Positions 48,612 to 59,107 of a stretch of 64,000 bases of DNA are shown here, piece after piece. The stretch's first letter is position 1; the number at the start of each line of letters is the position of its first letter. The stretch lies in the sequence record OM339718.1, one strand, 5' to 3'. The position numbers were made by a program, and so were the translations under genes. Below the pieces are notes generated by a model. The model was not told the DNA's origin, searched no databases, and worked only from the letters and a program-made list of their open reading frames with translations.

Positions 48612-49643
48612 ATGAAGACTATAAAGTGTGGTGATACCCATTTGGGAGAAGCCAAGGACAGTCCATATATCCAGAAAGCACAGAAGCTGTTTTTTAAACA
48701 GATGTGTGATTATGCAAAAGAAAATGGGATCCGTGTACTTCTTCAAGCCGGGGACTGGTTTGATGTGCGGAGTGGTGTAACTCAGGAAACCTTGCGCTTT
48801 ATGCGTGAAGAAATTCGACCTATGCTCGCAGACGCATTTGATGTAATCCATGTTATACCGGGTAACCATGATTGCCATTACAAAAATACGGTCATGCCTA
48901 ACTCCGTTCATGAAAATTTTGGTCACGACCCGTTATTCAAGATTTATAATGAACCAACCACTATTTTGCTTGGTTCTCTGATGTTTGATATGATCCCTTG
49001 GGAATGCAAAGAAAACAAAGAGCAGATTCGAGAGTTCATCAAGAATAGTGCATCTCAATATTCTATGGGTCACTGGGAGCTGATGGGTTTTGACTTCTAT
49101 TCTGGTATCCCCGCGATTCATGGTGAAGATAAAGAGTTTCTGAGTAAGTATAAAACTGCATTCTCCGGTCATTATCACACAGCCAGTAAGAAGGGTAACG
49201 TCCATTACCTTGGAACCCCATACACGATTACCATGAACGATTGTAATGATGTTCGAGGCTTCTATGTGTTCGATACAGATACCGAGGAACTTGAATTCGT
49301 CCCAAACGAAAACATGTGGCATATCAAGGTAAATTATGAAGATGTGGACAAAAAAGATGTTAGTATGTACACAGATAAATGTGTTATGCTGGTAATCCAT
49401 AAATCAGATAAAGAACTCGATGCTACTCTTACCGCACTTGAAGCTGTGGTAGAAAAACTGAATCAAAAGAACTTGGAAGATTTTTCAGGTGCTATCGATG
49501 ATGCAGACGAAAAAGACCTAGAAGTAAAAACAATTGATGTCCTTATCAAGGAATATATTAACTCTATGGATCTTGATGAGAAAGAGCGTGATCATGCAAT
49601 GAAATACGCCAGTCGTCTTTTCATAGAAGCGAACAACTCATGA
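48612..49643 (+). CDS. 47: Recombination nuclease gp47 (Mre11-like)
   Basis: GDTHLG, AGDWFDVR, PGNHD, GHWELMGF, SGHYH, YLGTPY. Confidence 0.97.
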   Translation: MKTIKCGDTHLGEAKDSPYIQKAQKLFFKQMCDYAKENGIRVLLQAGDWFDVRSGVTQETLRFMREEIRPMLADAFDVIHVIPGNHDCHYKNTVMPNSVHENFGHDPLFKIYNEPTTILLGSLMFDMIPWECKENKEQIREFIKNSASQYSMGHWELMGFDFYSGIPAIHGEDKEFLSKYKTAFSGHYHTASKKGNVHYLGTPYTITMNDCNDVRGFYVFDTDTEELEFVPNENMWHIKVNYEDVDKKDVSMYTDKCVMLVIHKSDKELDATLTALEAVVEKLNQKNLEDFSGAIDDADEKDLEVKTIDVLIKEYINSMDLDEKERDHAMKYASRLFIEANNS

Positions 49644-49894
49644 TAGATGTATATCGAATATGTACTTTTCTCCGAGAAGCAAACGAAGATGATGATGGGC
49701 TTGGGTGGTATGATACATCACCCAGCGTAATGGTAGTTGATGGTGTTATTATTATCCAGATTCAATATTATGGTGATGATGGAGAACTATATCAAATCGT
49801 GAGACGATATGACGAGAAAGATATGGTAGAGGATCATATGATTCGGTATAACATCCAACAAATTTGTAATGAACTTATTGAGGCTATGAGTTAA
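49640..49894 (+). CDS. Hypothetical protein (84 aa) between 47 and 46
   Basis: ORF coupled to 47 and 46. Confidence 0.7.
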   Translation: MIDVYRICTFLREANEDDDGLGWYDTSPSVMVVDGVIIIQIQYYGDDGELYQIVRRYDEKDMVEDHMIRYNIQQICNELIEAMS

Positions 49895-52224
49895 TGGATA
49901 TTACGTTTAATTGGATTAGTTACAAAAATATTATGTCGGTTGGTGCGGCTCCAATTCGTGTGCAACTCGACGAAAGCGCCAAGACCTTGGTTACTGGGTC
50001 TAATGGTGCCGGTAAATCAACGATGATTGAAGCGCTGTCTTTCCTTATGTACGGTAAACCATACCGTAAGTTGAAGAAAGACCAGTTGATCAACCAGATC
50101 AATAAGAAAAACCTTCATACCGAGGGTGAGCTTACAATCGGCGGTAAAGTTGTTCATATCGAGCGCGGTATCAAACCGACAATTTTTAAGGTTACTGTTG
50201 ATGGAGAACCAATCCCAGAAGCAGCAAGCGCAATTGAATATCAACGGATCCTTGAAGAAGATATTCTAAAAGTTTCCCATGAGAGCTTTAAACAGTTGAT
50301 TGTTCTGGGTACTGCGGGTTATACTCCCTTTATGGAACTGAAACCAGAACAACGCCGGACGATGGTTGAAGACCTTCTGAAATTGTCTGTTCTTGGTCAA
50401 ATGAACAAGCTGAACAACGTAGAGCTAAAGCAAGTTAATACAGCTTATGATTTGGTTTCAGTTGAAATGACTGGTCTTGAGAATGAATATCGTTCTATAG
50501 AAAAATCTATAGAAGAACAAAAGGCGTCTAACGAAGCTGCGATTAGTCAACAAACAGAACAGGTTAAAACTCTGGTTTCTCGTATTCATTCAGCAAAAGG
50601 CGAAATCGAGAAACTGAAAGGTTCTCTTGTTGATCTTGTTGAACCGGACTCGTCTGCTATTGATGAAATTGTTAAACGCATCGAACAGGAATACCTTGAC
50701 TCCGGTCACGTTCTCCGTCTGTCTATCGATAACACAAAACATCAGATCTCCTGTGTTGAGTCAAAATATGATGAATTGATTGAGCAGGCAAAAAATGAAG
50801 TTGTTGATGAATCATCTTTCTTGAATGAAATCAAAGAGTTGGAATCCACTCTGATTGATGATAAGATCCTTGACGACCGAATCTCTGGTTTGAAATCTCA
50901 ATCGTTTGAGGTTCCAAAACCGGAAGATAACCGAATCAAGATTGATGTTAGTCTGGGTGACCGTAAAACCGTTAAGTCCAGTCGTTTGTTCGAACTTGAT
51001 TTTATTATCAAAGAGAAAACAAAGGCGCTTGATAACTTCTCTGATGGAGTTTGTCCGACTTGTGGTACTGATGTTTCTGATGGTCACAGTCACGTCGACG
51101 AGATCCGTGATGAACTGGAATCTGCCAAGAGTGAAAAAGAAAAGGTAGAATCTGAAATCTCTGAGATTACTGCATTGATTGATGCGGATAAAGCTGCTGT
51201 ACGTGCATCAGAAGAAGAGTATGCGGTTTCTCTAACCGAGTGGTCTAACCAAGAGAAGGAATTCAACCAGTCGATTTCTGATGAGGTTTTGAAGGAACAA
51301 CGTAAGGTATCAGAACATAATAGCGGTGTTCGAGAGAAGATTGGTGTTCTAAAAACTCGTCTTGAGACTATTTCCGGTGAGACAAAACGAAAGATCTCTT
51401 CTTTGGAAACTCAAAAATCAAATGAGATGATAGAACTCAAAACCAAACTGAGTGCTACACAATCCCAACTTGATCGGATTGACATCGATAAAGACCGTAA
51501 GATTACTGATTTGACGGCTGAACATAACCGGGAAGTTGAGGATATTGCTCGTCAACGTGCGGTAATTGAATCTACCATCGCAGCAACAGAAAAATCTATT
51601 GCTGAAAATACCGAGATGGCTAAATTCATCAAGGATAATATTGACAATCTAAAATCTAAGGTTTTCGAATCTCCGAGAATGGCGGAAGTCCAGTCTATCC
51701 TATCTGAAAAGGCAAAAGAGAACGAAGAACTTTTCAATCAGAAGTTTAGTTGTGGTATACTTAAGGACATGCTTAAAGATGATGCTATCAAGGGCGACAT
51801 CGTTAAGAAATATATTCCTCTGTTTAACTCAAAGATTAACGAATACCTTGGTATTACTGGTGCTGATTATGTTTTCTCTCTGAATGAATCTTTCGAGGAA
51901 ACTATCAAATCTCGTGGTCGTGATGAGTTTACTTATATGTCATTCTCACAAGGTGAAAAAGCACGTATCAATATCGCGCTTCTGTTTACTTGGAGATATA
52001 TCGCGTCGTTAGTTTCTGGAACAAATATCTCCATGTTGATTCTTGATGAAATCTTCGATGGTGGTATGGACTCCGAAGGTGTATATGCGGTTAACCGTCT
52101 TCTCAATGAGATTGGAGGAAATACATTTATTATTTCCCACCGAGTAGAAAACCGTGATGATAGCTTTACCTCACATATGAAAATGACAAAGAAAGGTCGT
52201 TTCACTGTAATGGAAAGAGAATAA
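49894..52224 (+). CDS. 46: Recombination ATPase gp46 (Rad50-like)
   Basis: YKNIMSVG, Walker A GSNGAGKST, Zn hook CPTC, signature FSQGE, Walker B LILDEIFD, ISH. Confidence 0.97.
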   Translation: MDITFNWISYKNIMSVGAAPIRVQLDESAKTLVTGSNGAGKSTMIEALSFLMYGKPYRKLKKDQLINQINKKNLHTEGELTIGGKVVHIERGIKPTIFKVTVDGEPIPEAASAIEYQRILEEDILKVSHESFKQLIVLGTAGYTPFMELKPEQRRTMVEDLLKLSVLGQMNKLNNVELKQVNTAYDLVSVEMTGLENEYRSIEKSIEEQKASNEAAISQQTEQVKTLVSRIHSAKGEIEKLKGSLVDLVEPDSSAIDEIVKRIEQEYLDSGHVLRLSIDNTKHQISCVESKYDELIEQAKNEVVDESSFLNEIKELESTLIDDKILDDRISGLKSQSFEVPKPEDNRIKIDVSLGDRKTVKSSRLFELDFIIKEKTKALDNFSDGVCPTCGTDVSDGHSHVDEIRDELESAKSEKEKVESEISEITALIDADKAAVRASEEEYAVSLTEWSNQEKEFNQSISDEVLKEQRKVSEHNSGVREKIGVLKTRLETISGETKRKISSLETQKSNEMIELKTKLSATQSQLDRIDIDKDRKITDLTAEHNREVEDIARQRAVIESTIAATEKSIAENTEMAKFIKDNIDNLKSKVFESPRMAEVQSILSEKAKENEELFNQKFSCGILKDMLKDDAIKGDIVKKYIPLFNSKINEYLGITGADYVFSLNESFEETIKSRGRDEFTYMSFSQGEKARINIALLFTWRYIASLVSGTNISMLILDEIFDGGMDSEGVYAVNRLLNEIGGNTFIISHRVENRDDSFTSHMKMTKKGRFTVMERE

Positions 52225-52412
52225 TGTTTTACAATCTTCACGAAATATACCCAGAATATAAGGACTTCTGGGTTCTTACTAATAAGGTCACGGATGACCC
52301 TATAGAGCTTGTTGTTACAATGCAGGATCTAGAGGAACGGTTCTCACCAGAAGAACTAACTAAAATTATAAACGGCTCCCATAAATTTTGGGATGCCTTC
52401 AAAAAATACTAA
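52224..52412 (+). CDS. 45.2: gp45.2 homologue
   Basis: Small ORF after 46; IELVVTMQDLEERFS..EL.KIING pattern. Confidence 0.65.
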   Translation: MFYNLHEIYPEYKDFWVLTNKVTDDPIELVVTMQDLEERFSPEELTKIINGSHKFWDAFKKY

Positions 52413-52435
52413 TCTGATTAAAAGGTAATGTCTCA

Positions 52436-53128
52436 ATGAAAATTAATAAGTCTACTATCGAAATCCTGAAATTGTTTTCTTCTATCAATCCATCAATCCT
52501 GATCCAACCGGGTAATTATATCAACACTCGTACCGCCGATGGTAATATCTATGCAGAAGCAACCGTAGAAGATACATTTGAACACAAAATCTGTCTTTAT
52601 GCGATGGACCAACTCCTTGGTGTTATTAATAACTTCAAGGGTGAAATGGAAATGACCGTCGATAACAAAGACGATGATCTGAAATTGAATCTCAAACATG
52701 AATCCGGGGCTAAAGCAACTCTGATTATGAGTCAAGAAAGTCTGATTGTTTACCCGAAAAAGCCTATTGTATTCCCAGCGGCTCAAATTGAGTTTGATCT
52801 GAAAGCTGATGATATTTCCCGTCTTCAAGCAATGGGTAATACTCTTAAACTGAATATGTTGAAGTTCATCAAAGAAGATGGTAAAATCGTGGCTCGCCTG
52901 TTTTATGTCGATAAATCTGGTGGTGTATCCGAGCAGGAAAGCAACCAGTTTGATGTGGTTATCGGTGAAACTGAATACGCTGGTGATTTCGATCTTCGTT
53001 TCGATATGAAACACCTTTCTTATCTTACCGGTGATACCTCAGTAAAATGTATCCGTGGTGCAGCACAGTTTAAGTGTCCGCAAGTGACTTATGTAATTTC
53101 CATGAACAAAGCATCTACTTTGTCTTGA
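52436..53128 (+). CDS. 45: Sliding clamp gp45
   Basis: MKINKSTIEILKLFSSINPSILI; synteny before 44/62. Confidence 0.93.
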   Translation: MKINKSTIEILKLFSSINPSILIQPGNYINTRTADGNIYAEATVEDTFEHKICLYAMDQLLGVINNFKGEMEMTVDNKDDDLKLNLKHESGAKATLIMSQESLIVYPKKPIVFPAAQIEFDLKADDISRLQAMGNTLKLNMLKFIKEDGKIVARLFYVDKSGGVSEQESNQFDVVIGETEYAGDFDLRFDMKHLSYLTGDTSVKCIRGAAQFKCPQVTYVISMNKASTLS

Positions 53129-53198
53129 TAGGTTTTTCCCCGTCGTTAGGGCGGGGCTTTATGAATTTTTAGATAATGATATAAAAGAGGTTTTTGAT

Positions 53199-54179
53199 AT
53201 GTTGTCAGTTGATAATTCCCATCACATGATGGAAATGAAATTTCGTCCCCAATCCATCGCAGAATGTATTCTTCCCCGTCACGATATTGAGCGTTTTAAT
53301 GGTCTGATTAAGCTTGGTCGGATCCCCCATCTTCTCCTTTGTTCTAAGTCCCCCGGTACTGGCAAAACAACCACCGCACTCGCACTAGCTAATGATGTAG
53401 ATGCTGATGTTATGTTTATTTCGGGTGGTAATCTTCGGATTAATGACCTTCGGACTACTCTAACTGACTTCGCCAGCACCAGCACCCGTAAGAAAGGCGG
53501 CAAAATTATCATCATCGATGAAGGTGATAACGATGATATGTCAGCAGTACAAAAAGAGCTTCGTAGTTGGATGGAAGCATATGGTGGTAACTGTACCATT
53601 ATTATGACTTGTAACAATATCGAAAAGATTATTGATCCTCTTCGTAGCCGGTTCCGTATTTTTGAATTTGGCAAAGTGGTTGAAGAATCAGAAGAATTGG
53701 TTAAAGCTGACGAACTTCGTATGATGAAAGAAATGATTGTTCGCTGCTTTGCAATCTGTAAAGAAGAAGGAATCGAAATTCGGGATAAAAATTCTATTGC
53801 TGCTTTGGTTAAAAAGAATTTCCCAAACTTCCGAACCACTATTACAGAGATGAACAAGTATGCTGCTTGTGGTTATATTGATGAAGGTGTACTGACTTCC
53901 GTAAATCGTTCTACAAAAGAAATGGAAAAACTTTTCGAGCTTATTAAAGCCAAAAAAGTTCAAGAAATTCGCCAACTGGTTCCTAACTTCTCTAGTGACT
54001 ATGTGAATTTTGTAAACGCATTTTATGAGCGAGCAACTACCCAAGTTACCGGACAATCTTATCGTATGATGATTAAGATCCTTGCCGAATTCCAGAAATT
54101 TGCAAGCACTGTACCAAATATGGAAATTCATCTTATGGATATGTTGTCTGATATGGCGTGTGAGGTTAACTGGAAATGA
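53199..54179 (+). CDS. 44: Clamp loader ATPase subunit gp44
   Basis: KFRPQSIAECILP, SPGTGKTT, IIIDEGD, IIDPLRSRF, NFPNFR. Confidence 0.97.
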   Translation: MLSVDNSHHMMEMKFRPQSIAECILPRHDIERFNGLIKLGRIPHLLLCSKSPGTGKTTTALALANDVDADVMFISGGNLRINDLRTTLTDFASTSTRKKGGKIIIIDEGDNDDMSAVQKELRSWMEAYGGNCTIIMTCNNIEKIIDPLRSRFRIFEFGKVVEESEELVKADELRMMKEMIVRCFAICKEEGIEIRDKNSIAALVKKNFPNFRTTITEMNKYAACGYIDEGVLTSVNRSTKEMEKLFELIKAKKVQEIRQLVPNFSSDYVNFVNAFYERATTQVTGQSYRMMIKILAEFQKFASTVPNMEIHLMDMLSDMACEVNWK

Positions 54180-54754
54180 GTTTAGACTTCCTTGGGCTAG
54201 AAACCCCGAATGAACACCGTTTAGCATGGGATAATAAGGATTGGGATAAAGTCAAGGAACTCTGTAACGAGTTTAAGGTTGATAAAGACAAAAGCTTATT
54301 CGAGATAATTAAAAATGTAACCCAGAAAACGGGTTACAAAAATGTCAGGGAATTTGCAGATTACGACCAGTACATGATAAACATGATGATATCCCAACAC
54401 GCACATATGGTTGGTTATGCTTCCGAGCTTAACCAGTGGGCTGGTTGCATCACGGATCAAATGCATTATGATTATCTGTATCACACCGTAGTTAAATGTC
54501 AGTTACCTTTTATGAAGGCTGCTAAAGCTAGTAACGACTGGGATTATATCCTTATCGTAAAACTCCTAGCTCGTCACTACAGCGTATCCGATTCCAAGGC
54601 TAAGGACTTCATCGAACTTCATGACGAAACGCAACTGAGAGCGATTAAGAAGCTTTACAAGGGTATTGTTACTTCACCCGATTGTGATTTTTTGAAGTTT
54701 GCACCAAATAAAACAGAAAGAACCCGCCTATATGGCGTGGTCAAGAAATGGTAA
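54176..54754 (+). CDS. 62: Clamp loader small subunit gp62
   Basis: HRLAW...DWDKVKEL, YDQYMINMMISQH, DQMHYDYL. Confidence 0.93.
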   Translation: MSLDFLGLETPNEHRLAWDNKDWDKVKELCNEFKVDKDKSLFEIIKNVTQKTGYKNVREFADYDQYMINMMISQHAHMVGYASELNQWAGCITDQMHYDYLYHTVVKCQLPFMKAAKASNDWDYILIVKLLARHYSVSDSKAKDFIELHDETQLRAIKKLYKGIVTSPDCDFLKFAPNKTERTRLYGVVKKW

Positions 54755-54758
54755 AAAT

Positions 54759-55121
54759 ATGATTCGTATCGGTATTCAGGAAGCAACAGACTTCCTTTCA
54801 ATTCAAGAAACCTTAACCCGCATCGGTATTGCAAACCGAGAACAAAAAAAGTTGTGGCAAAGTTGTCACATTGTTAGAAAACATGGTTTCTATTATATTG
54901 CTCACTTCAAAGAGCTATTGCGTCGGGATGGGCTTGATGTTGTGATCTCCCAAGAGGATATCGACCGTCGAGACGACATTACATCTCTTTTAGAAGATTG
55001 GGGTTTGTGCTCTATCATAGATCTAATCAACCCACCAAAAGTTTATGAATTCCACATTATCCAACATAAAGATAAACCAGATTGGACTTTAAAAAGTAAG
55101 TATATTTTCAAGAAAAGTTAA
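54759..55121 (+). CDS. regA: Translational repressor RegA
   Basis: FLSIQETLTRIGIAN...LWQSCHI...YYIAHFKELL; W.L..KY end. Confidence 0.96.
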   Translation: MIRIGIQEATDFLSIQETLTRIGIANREQKKLWQSCHIVRKHGFYYIAHFKELLRRDGLDVVISQEDIDRRDDITSLLEDWGLCSIIDLINPPKVYEFHIIQHKDKPDWTLKSKYIFKKS

Positions 55122-55130
55122 ACCATCTAT

Positions 55131-55150
55131 GGGGATCTGGTAAGATCCCC
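55131..55150 (+). promoter_or_regulatory. Stem-loop upstream of the gene 43A RBS (candidate translational operator or terminator)
   Basis: GGGGATCT-GGTA-AGATCCCC, ~10 nt before GAGG; T4 gene 43 has an autogenous operator hairpin in this position. Confidence 0.5.
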
Positions 55151-55169
55151 GTATCTATAAGAGGATTAT

Positions 55170-56693
55170 GTGATGAATTTTTATACAAGTGTTTGGCTAG
55201 ATGGAAATACCATTTATGACCGGTATTTCGATGATAACGGTAATGATAAGATCCGAAAGGTTAGATATGAACCAACTATGTATCGTCATGTTGGTGATCA
55301 TATTGAGACTCCATATCGGGATATTTTCGGTAAGCGTTGTTTGCCCAAGAAACTAGATTCTGTTGGCGAAGCTCGGAAATGGTTTAAAGACATGCAGTCT
55401 ATGGGAAAAGACGTATTGGGTATGGATAATTACACATTCCAATATATCTCTGATACCTACGGTTCAAATGTGTATTATGATTATACATATCTTGATATTA
55501 TGTTTTTGGATATCGAAGTCCCAACTGATGGACCTTTCCCCCAAGCAGAAGAAACGAAGTATGAAATAGATACCATTCAGATCTATAGCACTAAATCAAA
55601 AAAATATTATATCTGGACTATTCGAGAATGGGATGCATGTAAATCTATTCTAGATAAAAAAGTTCTTGATGATGTGGAATATGTTTTATGTGGGACTGAA
55701 AAAGAAATCCTGATTAAGTTCATGCACTTTTTCTGTACGAATACACCACATTATCTTAGTGGGTGGAACAGTGAGTTTTTTGATATTCCCTATATCATGG
55801 GGCGTATTAAAAAAGTCCTTGGTGAAAAATTTATCCATAAGCTAAGTCCATTCGGGGAGACTACCGAGATTACCCAAAAGGATGACAACGACGAAGATTA
55901 CACCACCTATACTATCCAAGGTGTAAACTGTGTTGACTTTATGGCAGCATATAAGAAGTTTACTTTTACCACTCGACCAAACTATAAACTAGATACGATT
56001 GCGGAAGCAGAACTTAAAACAAATAAAGTCGAAATGACTTATAAAACCTACTTGATGTTTGCTGAAAAGGATCCACAGACTTATATCGATTACTCTATTC
56101 GAGACGTTGAAATTATCAAACGACTGGAAGAAACATTGAGTTTGATATTCCTGATTGCGTCTGTATCCTATTATGCGAGTATCAACGCACCAGACGTATT
56201 CAGTCCGTTGAAAACTTGGGATGCTATCATTTATAACAGCCTCCTTGCCAATAACGTAATTATCCCTGAAAACAAACATGCCCAACGGTCTAAGTTCGCT
56301 GGCGCATATGTTAAGGACCCGATTCCGGGGTTGTATGAGTGGCTTATTTCGTTTGACTTGACTTCCCTTTATCCACACGAAATCATGGGTAAGAATATCT
56401 CTCCCGAGACTTTGGTTGATCAGGTTGATTTCCCTCGCATCTTGGTTAAAGACCGTATGGTTCCTGATATCGAGGGTATGGGTTTGGTTAACAAGACGTT
56501 TGATGTTCCTCATGAAGGTAAATATTCCGTCGCCCCAAATGGTGTTCGTTATAGAAATGACAAACGCGGTTTCCTTCCTATTGAAGTTGAGAAGGTGTTT
56601 GTCCAACGGAAACAAGCCAAGACCGAAGAGTTTAAAGCTGATGCCCTTGCAACTAGAGCTGCTGCAATCTTGGCAAAGAGGAATGATAAATGA
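55170..56693 (+). CDS. 43A: DNA polymerase gp43A (N-terminal half)
   Basis: Exo motifs LDIEV, GWNSEFFDIPY, YSIRDV; polymerase motif A SFDLTSLYP; ends in the fingers domain. Confidence 0.95.
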   Translation: MMNFYTSVWLDGNTIYDRYFDDNGNDKIRKVRYEPTMYRHVGDHIETPYRDIFGKRCLPKKLDSVGEARKWFKDMQSMGKDVLGMDNYTFQYISDTYGSNVYYDYTYLDIMFLDIEVPTDGPFPQAEETKYEIDTIQIYSTKSKKYYIWTIREWDACKSILDKKVLDDVEYVLCGTEKEILIKFMHFFCTNTPHYLSGWNSEFFDIPYIMGRIKKVLGEKFIHKLSPFGETTEITQKDDNDEDYTTYTIQGVNCVDFMAAYKKFTFTTRPNYKLDTIAEAELKTNKVEMTYKTYLMFAEKDPQTYIDYSIRDVEIIKRLEETLSLIFLIASVSYYASINAPDVFSPLKTWDAIIYNSLLANNVIIPENKHAQRSKFAGAYVKDPIPGLYEWLISFDLTSLYPHEIMGKNISPETLVDQVDFPRILVKDRMVPDIEGMGLVNKTFDVPHEGKYSVAPNGVRYRNDKRGFLPIEVEKVFVQRKQAKTEEFKADALATRAAAILAKRNDK

Positions 56694-57865
56694 ATCTAGA
56701 TTATACCGATGAACAATTGGAAAATATGACAGACGATGAGCTGAAAAAGCTCATCTCTGACTGTCGGAAATATGAGAAAGTATGTAACGTAACCCAACAA
56801 GCAAAAAAGGTATTGATTAACTCTCTTTATGGGTCTTTGGGTCATCCTGTGGGTCGTTATTATGATCTACGAATGGCAGAATCAATTACGATGGGTGGTC
56901 AGCTATCCATTAAATGGATTGCCAGAAAAACGAACGAGTATTTCAATAAGCTGTGTAACACAGAAGACGTAGATTACGTTATCTATTGTGATACCGACTC
57001 TCAATATGTTTGTGTTGAAAACTTCGTTAAAATGATGGCAGACAAGAAAGGCGTTAAGATTGAGGATGTAGAACCCATTAAATGGGTTGATATGCTTGAT
57101 AAGTTCGCAAAGAATATGGTCGAGCCATATATCGATGAATGTTATCGCGAACTGAAAGATTACATGAACTATTTCGACCACAAATTGTTCATGGATCGTG
57201 AAGTAATCGCAACTCGTGGGTTCTGGACCGCTAAGAAACGATATGCTCTATCTGTGTGGGATAACGAAGGTAAGAGAAAGCTAGACTCTCATGGTAATGT
57301 AGTTCCAAAGCTCAAGATTATGGGTATCGAGACACGCCGTAGCAGTACACCACCTTTTGCGTCAGAATGCCTTGAAAAAGCGATTGACATCATTTTGACT
57401 GAGAATGAAACAAATCTCCATGCTCACGTTGACAAGGTAAAGGGTGAATATCCAAAACAGGATTATCGTAAGATTGCACAAGTAAGTAGCGCAAATAATA
57501 TTGAAAAGAACTCAGACGAATTTTTCAATCATAAATCTGGTTGTCCCGGTCACGTTAAAGCAGCTATTAACTACAACAAGATTTGTGATCAGTTGAAATC
57601 GGTGTCCTACGTTGACCCAATCCGTTCCGGTGAAAAAATTCAGTATGCGATGTTGAAGGTTCCGAATAAATATCATATTGAAACTATTGCTTGGCCTTCT
57701 GGCGATAAGATCCCAGACGAATTCGGAATTAATCCGGAAAAAGATATTGATTTCGTTGGTATGTATTGTAAACACTTCCAAAAGCCGCTTGGTAATATCT
57801 GTGATGCTATTGGGTGGAAACAAGAAAGTCCCGCGAATTTTTCTCTGGATGACTTGTTTGGTTGA
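56690..57865 (+). CDS. 43B: DNA polymerase gp43B (C-terminal half)
   Basis: Motif B KVLINSLYG, motif C YCDTDS, KKRYAL, MGIETRRSSTP, PIP-like LDDLF end; ATGA overlap with 43A. Confidence 0.95.
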   Translation: MNLDYTDEQLENMTDDELKKLISDCRKYEKVCNVTQQAKKVLINSLYGSLGHPVGRYYDLRMAESITMGGQLSIKWIARKTNEYFNKLCNTEDVDYVIYCDTDSQYVCVENFVKMMADKKGVKIEDVEPIKWVDMLDKFAKNMVEPYIDECYRELKDYMNYFDHKLFMDREVIATRGFWTAKKRYALSVWDNEGKRKLDSHGNVVPKLKIMGIETRRSSTPPFASECLEKAIDIILTENETNLHAHVDKVKGEYPKQDYRKIAQVSSANNIEKNSDEFFNHKSGCPGHVKAAINYNKICDQLKSVSYVDPIRSGEKIQYAMLKVPNKYHIETIAWPSGDKIPDEFGINPEKDIDFVGMYCKHFQKPLGNICDAIGWKQESPANFSLDDLFG

Positions 57866-57956
57866 TTCGGAAAATTAAAGGCTATTATATCATGTGGTAT
57901 AATAGCCTTATCAAAACGCAATAAAACATATATCAAAAATTATAGGAATATTTAAA

Positions 57957-59066
57957 ATGGCTAAAAAAGCAAAAACGGTTAATACTGGTGCCCTTCTGGA
58001 ACGTCTGTCTGGTACTTCCTCAAATAAAATGAGTTCTATGCTATCTGATAGCGTTTTCTTTAACGACAAGGATGTAATTCGGACTCGGGTCCCGATCATT
58101 AACCTGATGTTGAGTGGTCATCTTGATGGTGGTTTGAAGCCGGGTCTAACTTGTATTGCCGGACCGTCTAAACACTTTAAATCTAACCTGAGTTTGGTTC
58201 TGGTTTCTGCTTATCTTCGTAAGTATCCGGATGCAGTTTGTCTGTTCTTTGATAATGAATTCGGTTCTACTCCTGATTATTTTACTTCTCAAGGTGTAGA
58301 TATTGACCGGGTTGTACATTGTCCGTTTATTGACGTAGAAGAACTTAAATTCGATATCGTTAAGAAACTGGAAGCTGTCAAACGTGGTGATAAGGTTATT
58401 ATCTATATTGACTCTATCGGTAACGTTGCTTCTAAGAAAGAACTTGAAGATGCGAAGAATGAAAAGTCTGCACAGGATATGACCCGAGCAAAGCAGATCA
58501 AGAGTCTGTTCCGTATGGTTACCCCTTACCTGACTGTTAATGACATTCCGTGTATTGCTGTAAACCACACATACGAAACCCAAGAGATGTACAGCAAAAC
58601 TGTTATGAGTGGCGGCACCGGACCGATGTATTCCGCTGACACCGTTATCATTCTTGGTAAGCAACAGGACAAAGATGGCAAAGAGCTGTTGGGTTATAAC
58701 TTTGTGATGAATGCGGAAAAGAGTCGCACTATCAAAGAAAAATCCAAATTGGACTTGCAAGTTTCCTTCCAAGGTGGTATTAATACATACTCAGGTTTGC
58801 TAAAGATTGCACAAGAACTTGGTTTTGTTACCAAACCACAAAACGCACGTTATCAGCGCAATTATCTCGACCTCGAAACTGGTGAGATGTATCTGATCAC
58901 CGATGATGAAAAGAAATGGACAGAAGAGGATTCCAACTCTCTGGAATTCTGGAAACCTATGTTTTCTCACAAGCCTTTTATGGATGCTGTGTCTGACGCA
59001 TACAAACTGAAAGCAGTTGAAGTATCTCAGGAAGTGTTTGATGAAGTTGACCAGTTGTTCGGTTAA
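57957..59066 (+). CDS. uvsX: UvsX RecA-like recombinase
   Basis: AGPSKHFKS, FFDNEFG, YIDSIGN, MSGGTG. Confidence 0.98.
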   Translation: MAKKAKTVNTGALLERLSGTSSNKMSSMLSDSVFFNDKDVIRTRVPIINLMLSGHLDGGLKPGLTCIAGPSKHFKSNLSLVLVSAYLRKYPDAVCLFFDNEFGSTPDYFTSQGVDIDRVVHCPFIDVEELKFDIVKKLEAVKRGDKVIIYIDSIGNVASKKELEDAKNEKSAQDMTRAKQIKSLFRMVTPYLTVNDIPCIAVNHTYETQEMYSKTVMSGGTGPMYSADTVIILGKQQDKDGKELLGYNFVMNAEKSRTIKEKSKLDLQVSFQGGINTYSGLLKIAQELGFVTKPQNARYQRNYLDLETGEMYLITDDEKKWTEEDSNSLEFWKPMFSHKPFMDAVSDAYKLKAVEVSQEVFDEVDQLFG

Positions 59067-59107
59067 TATTATTGGGGCGAAAGCCCCACTTTAAAAAGGA
59101 TATATAA

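Noticed and set aside
56640-56760. Idea that the Hint ORF trans-splices gp43A and gp43B
   Set aside because: Neither polymerase half carries intein fragments, the Hint ORF lacks C1 and the terminal Asn, and split gp43 is known to work non-covalently.
55989-58772. Antisense ORFs (~208 aa each) over 43A and uvsX
   Set aside because: Shadow ORFs of conserved genes.
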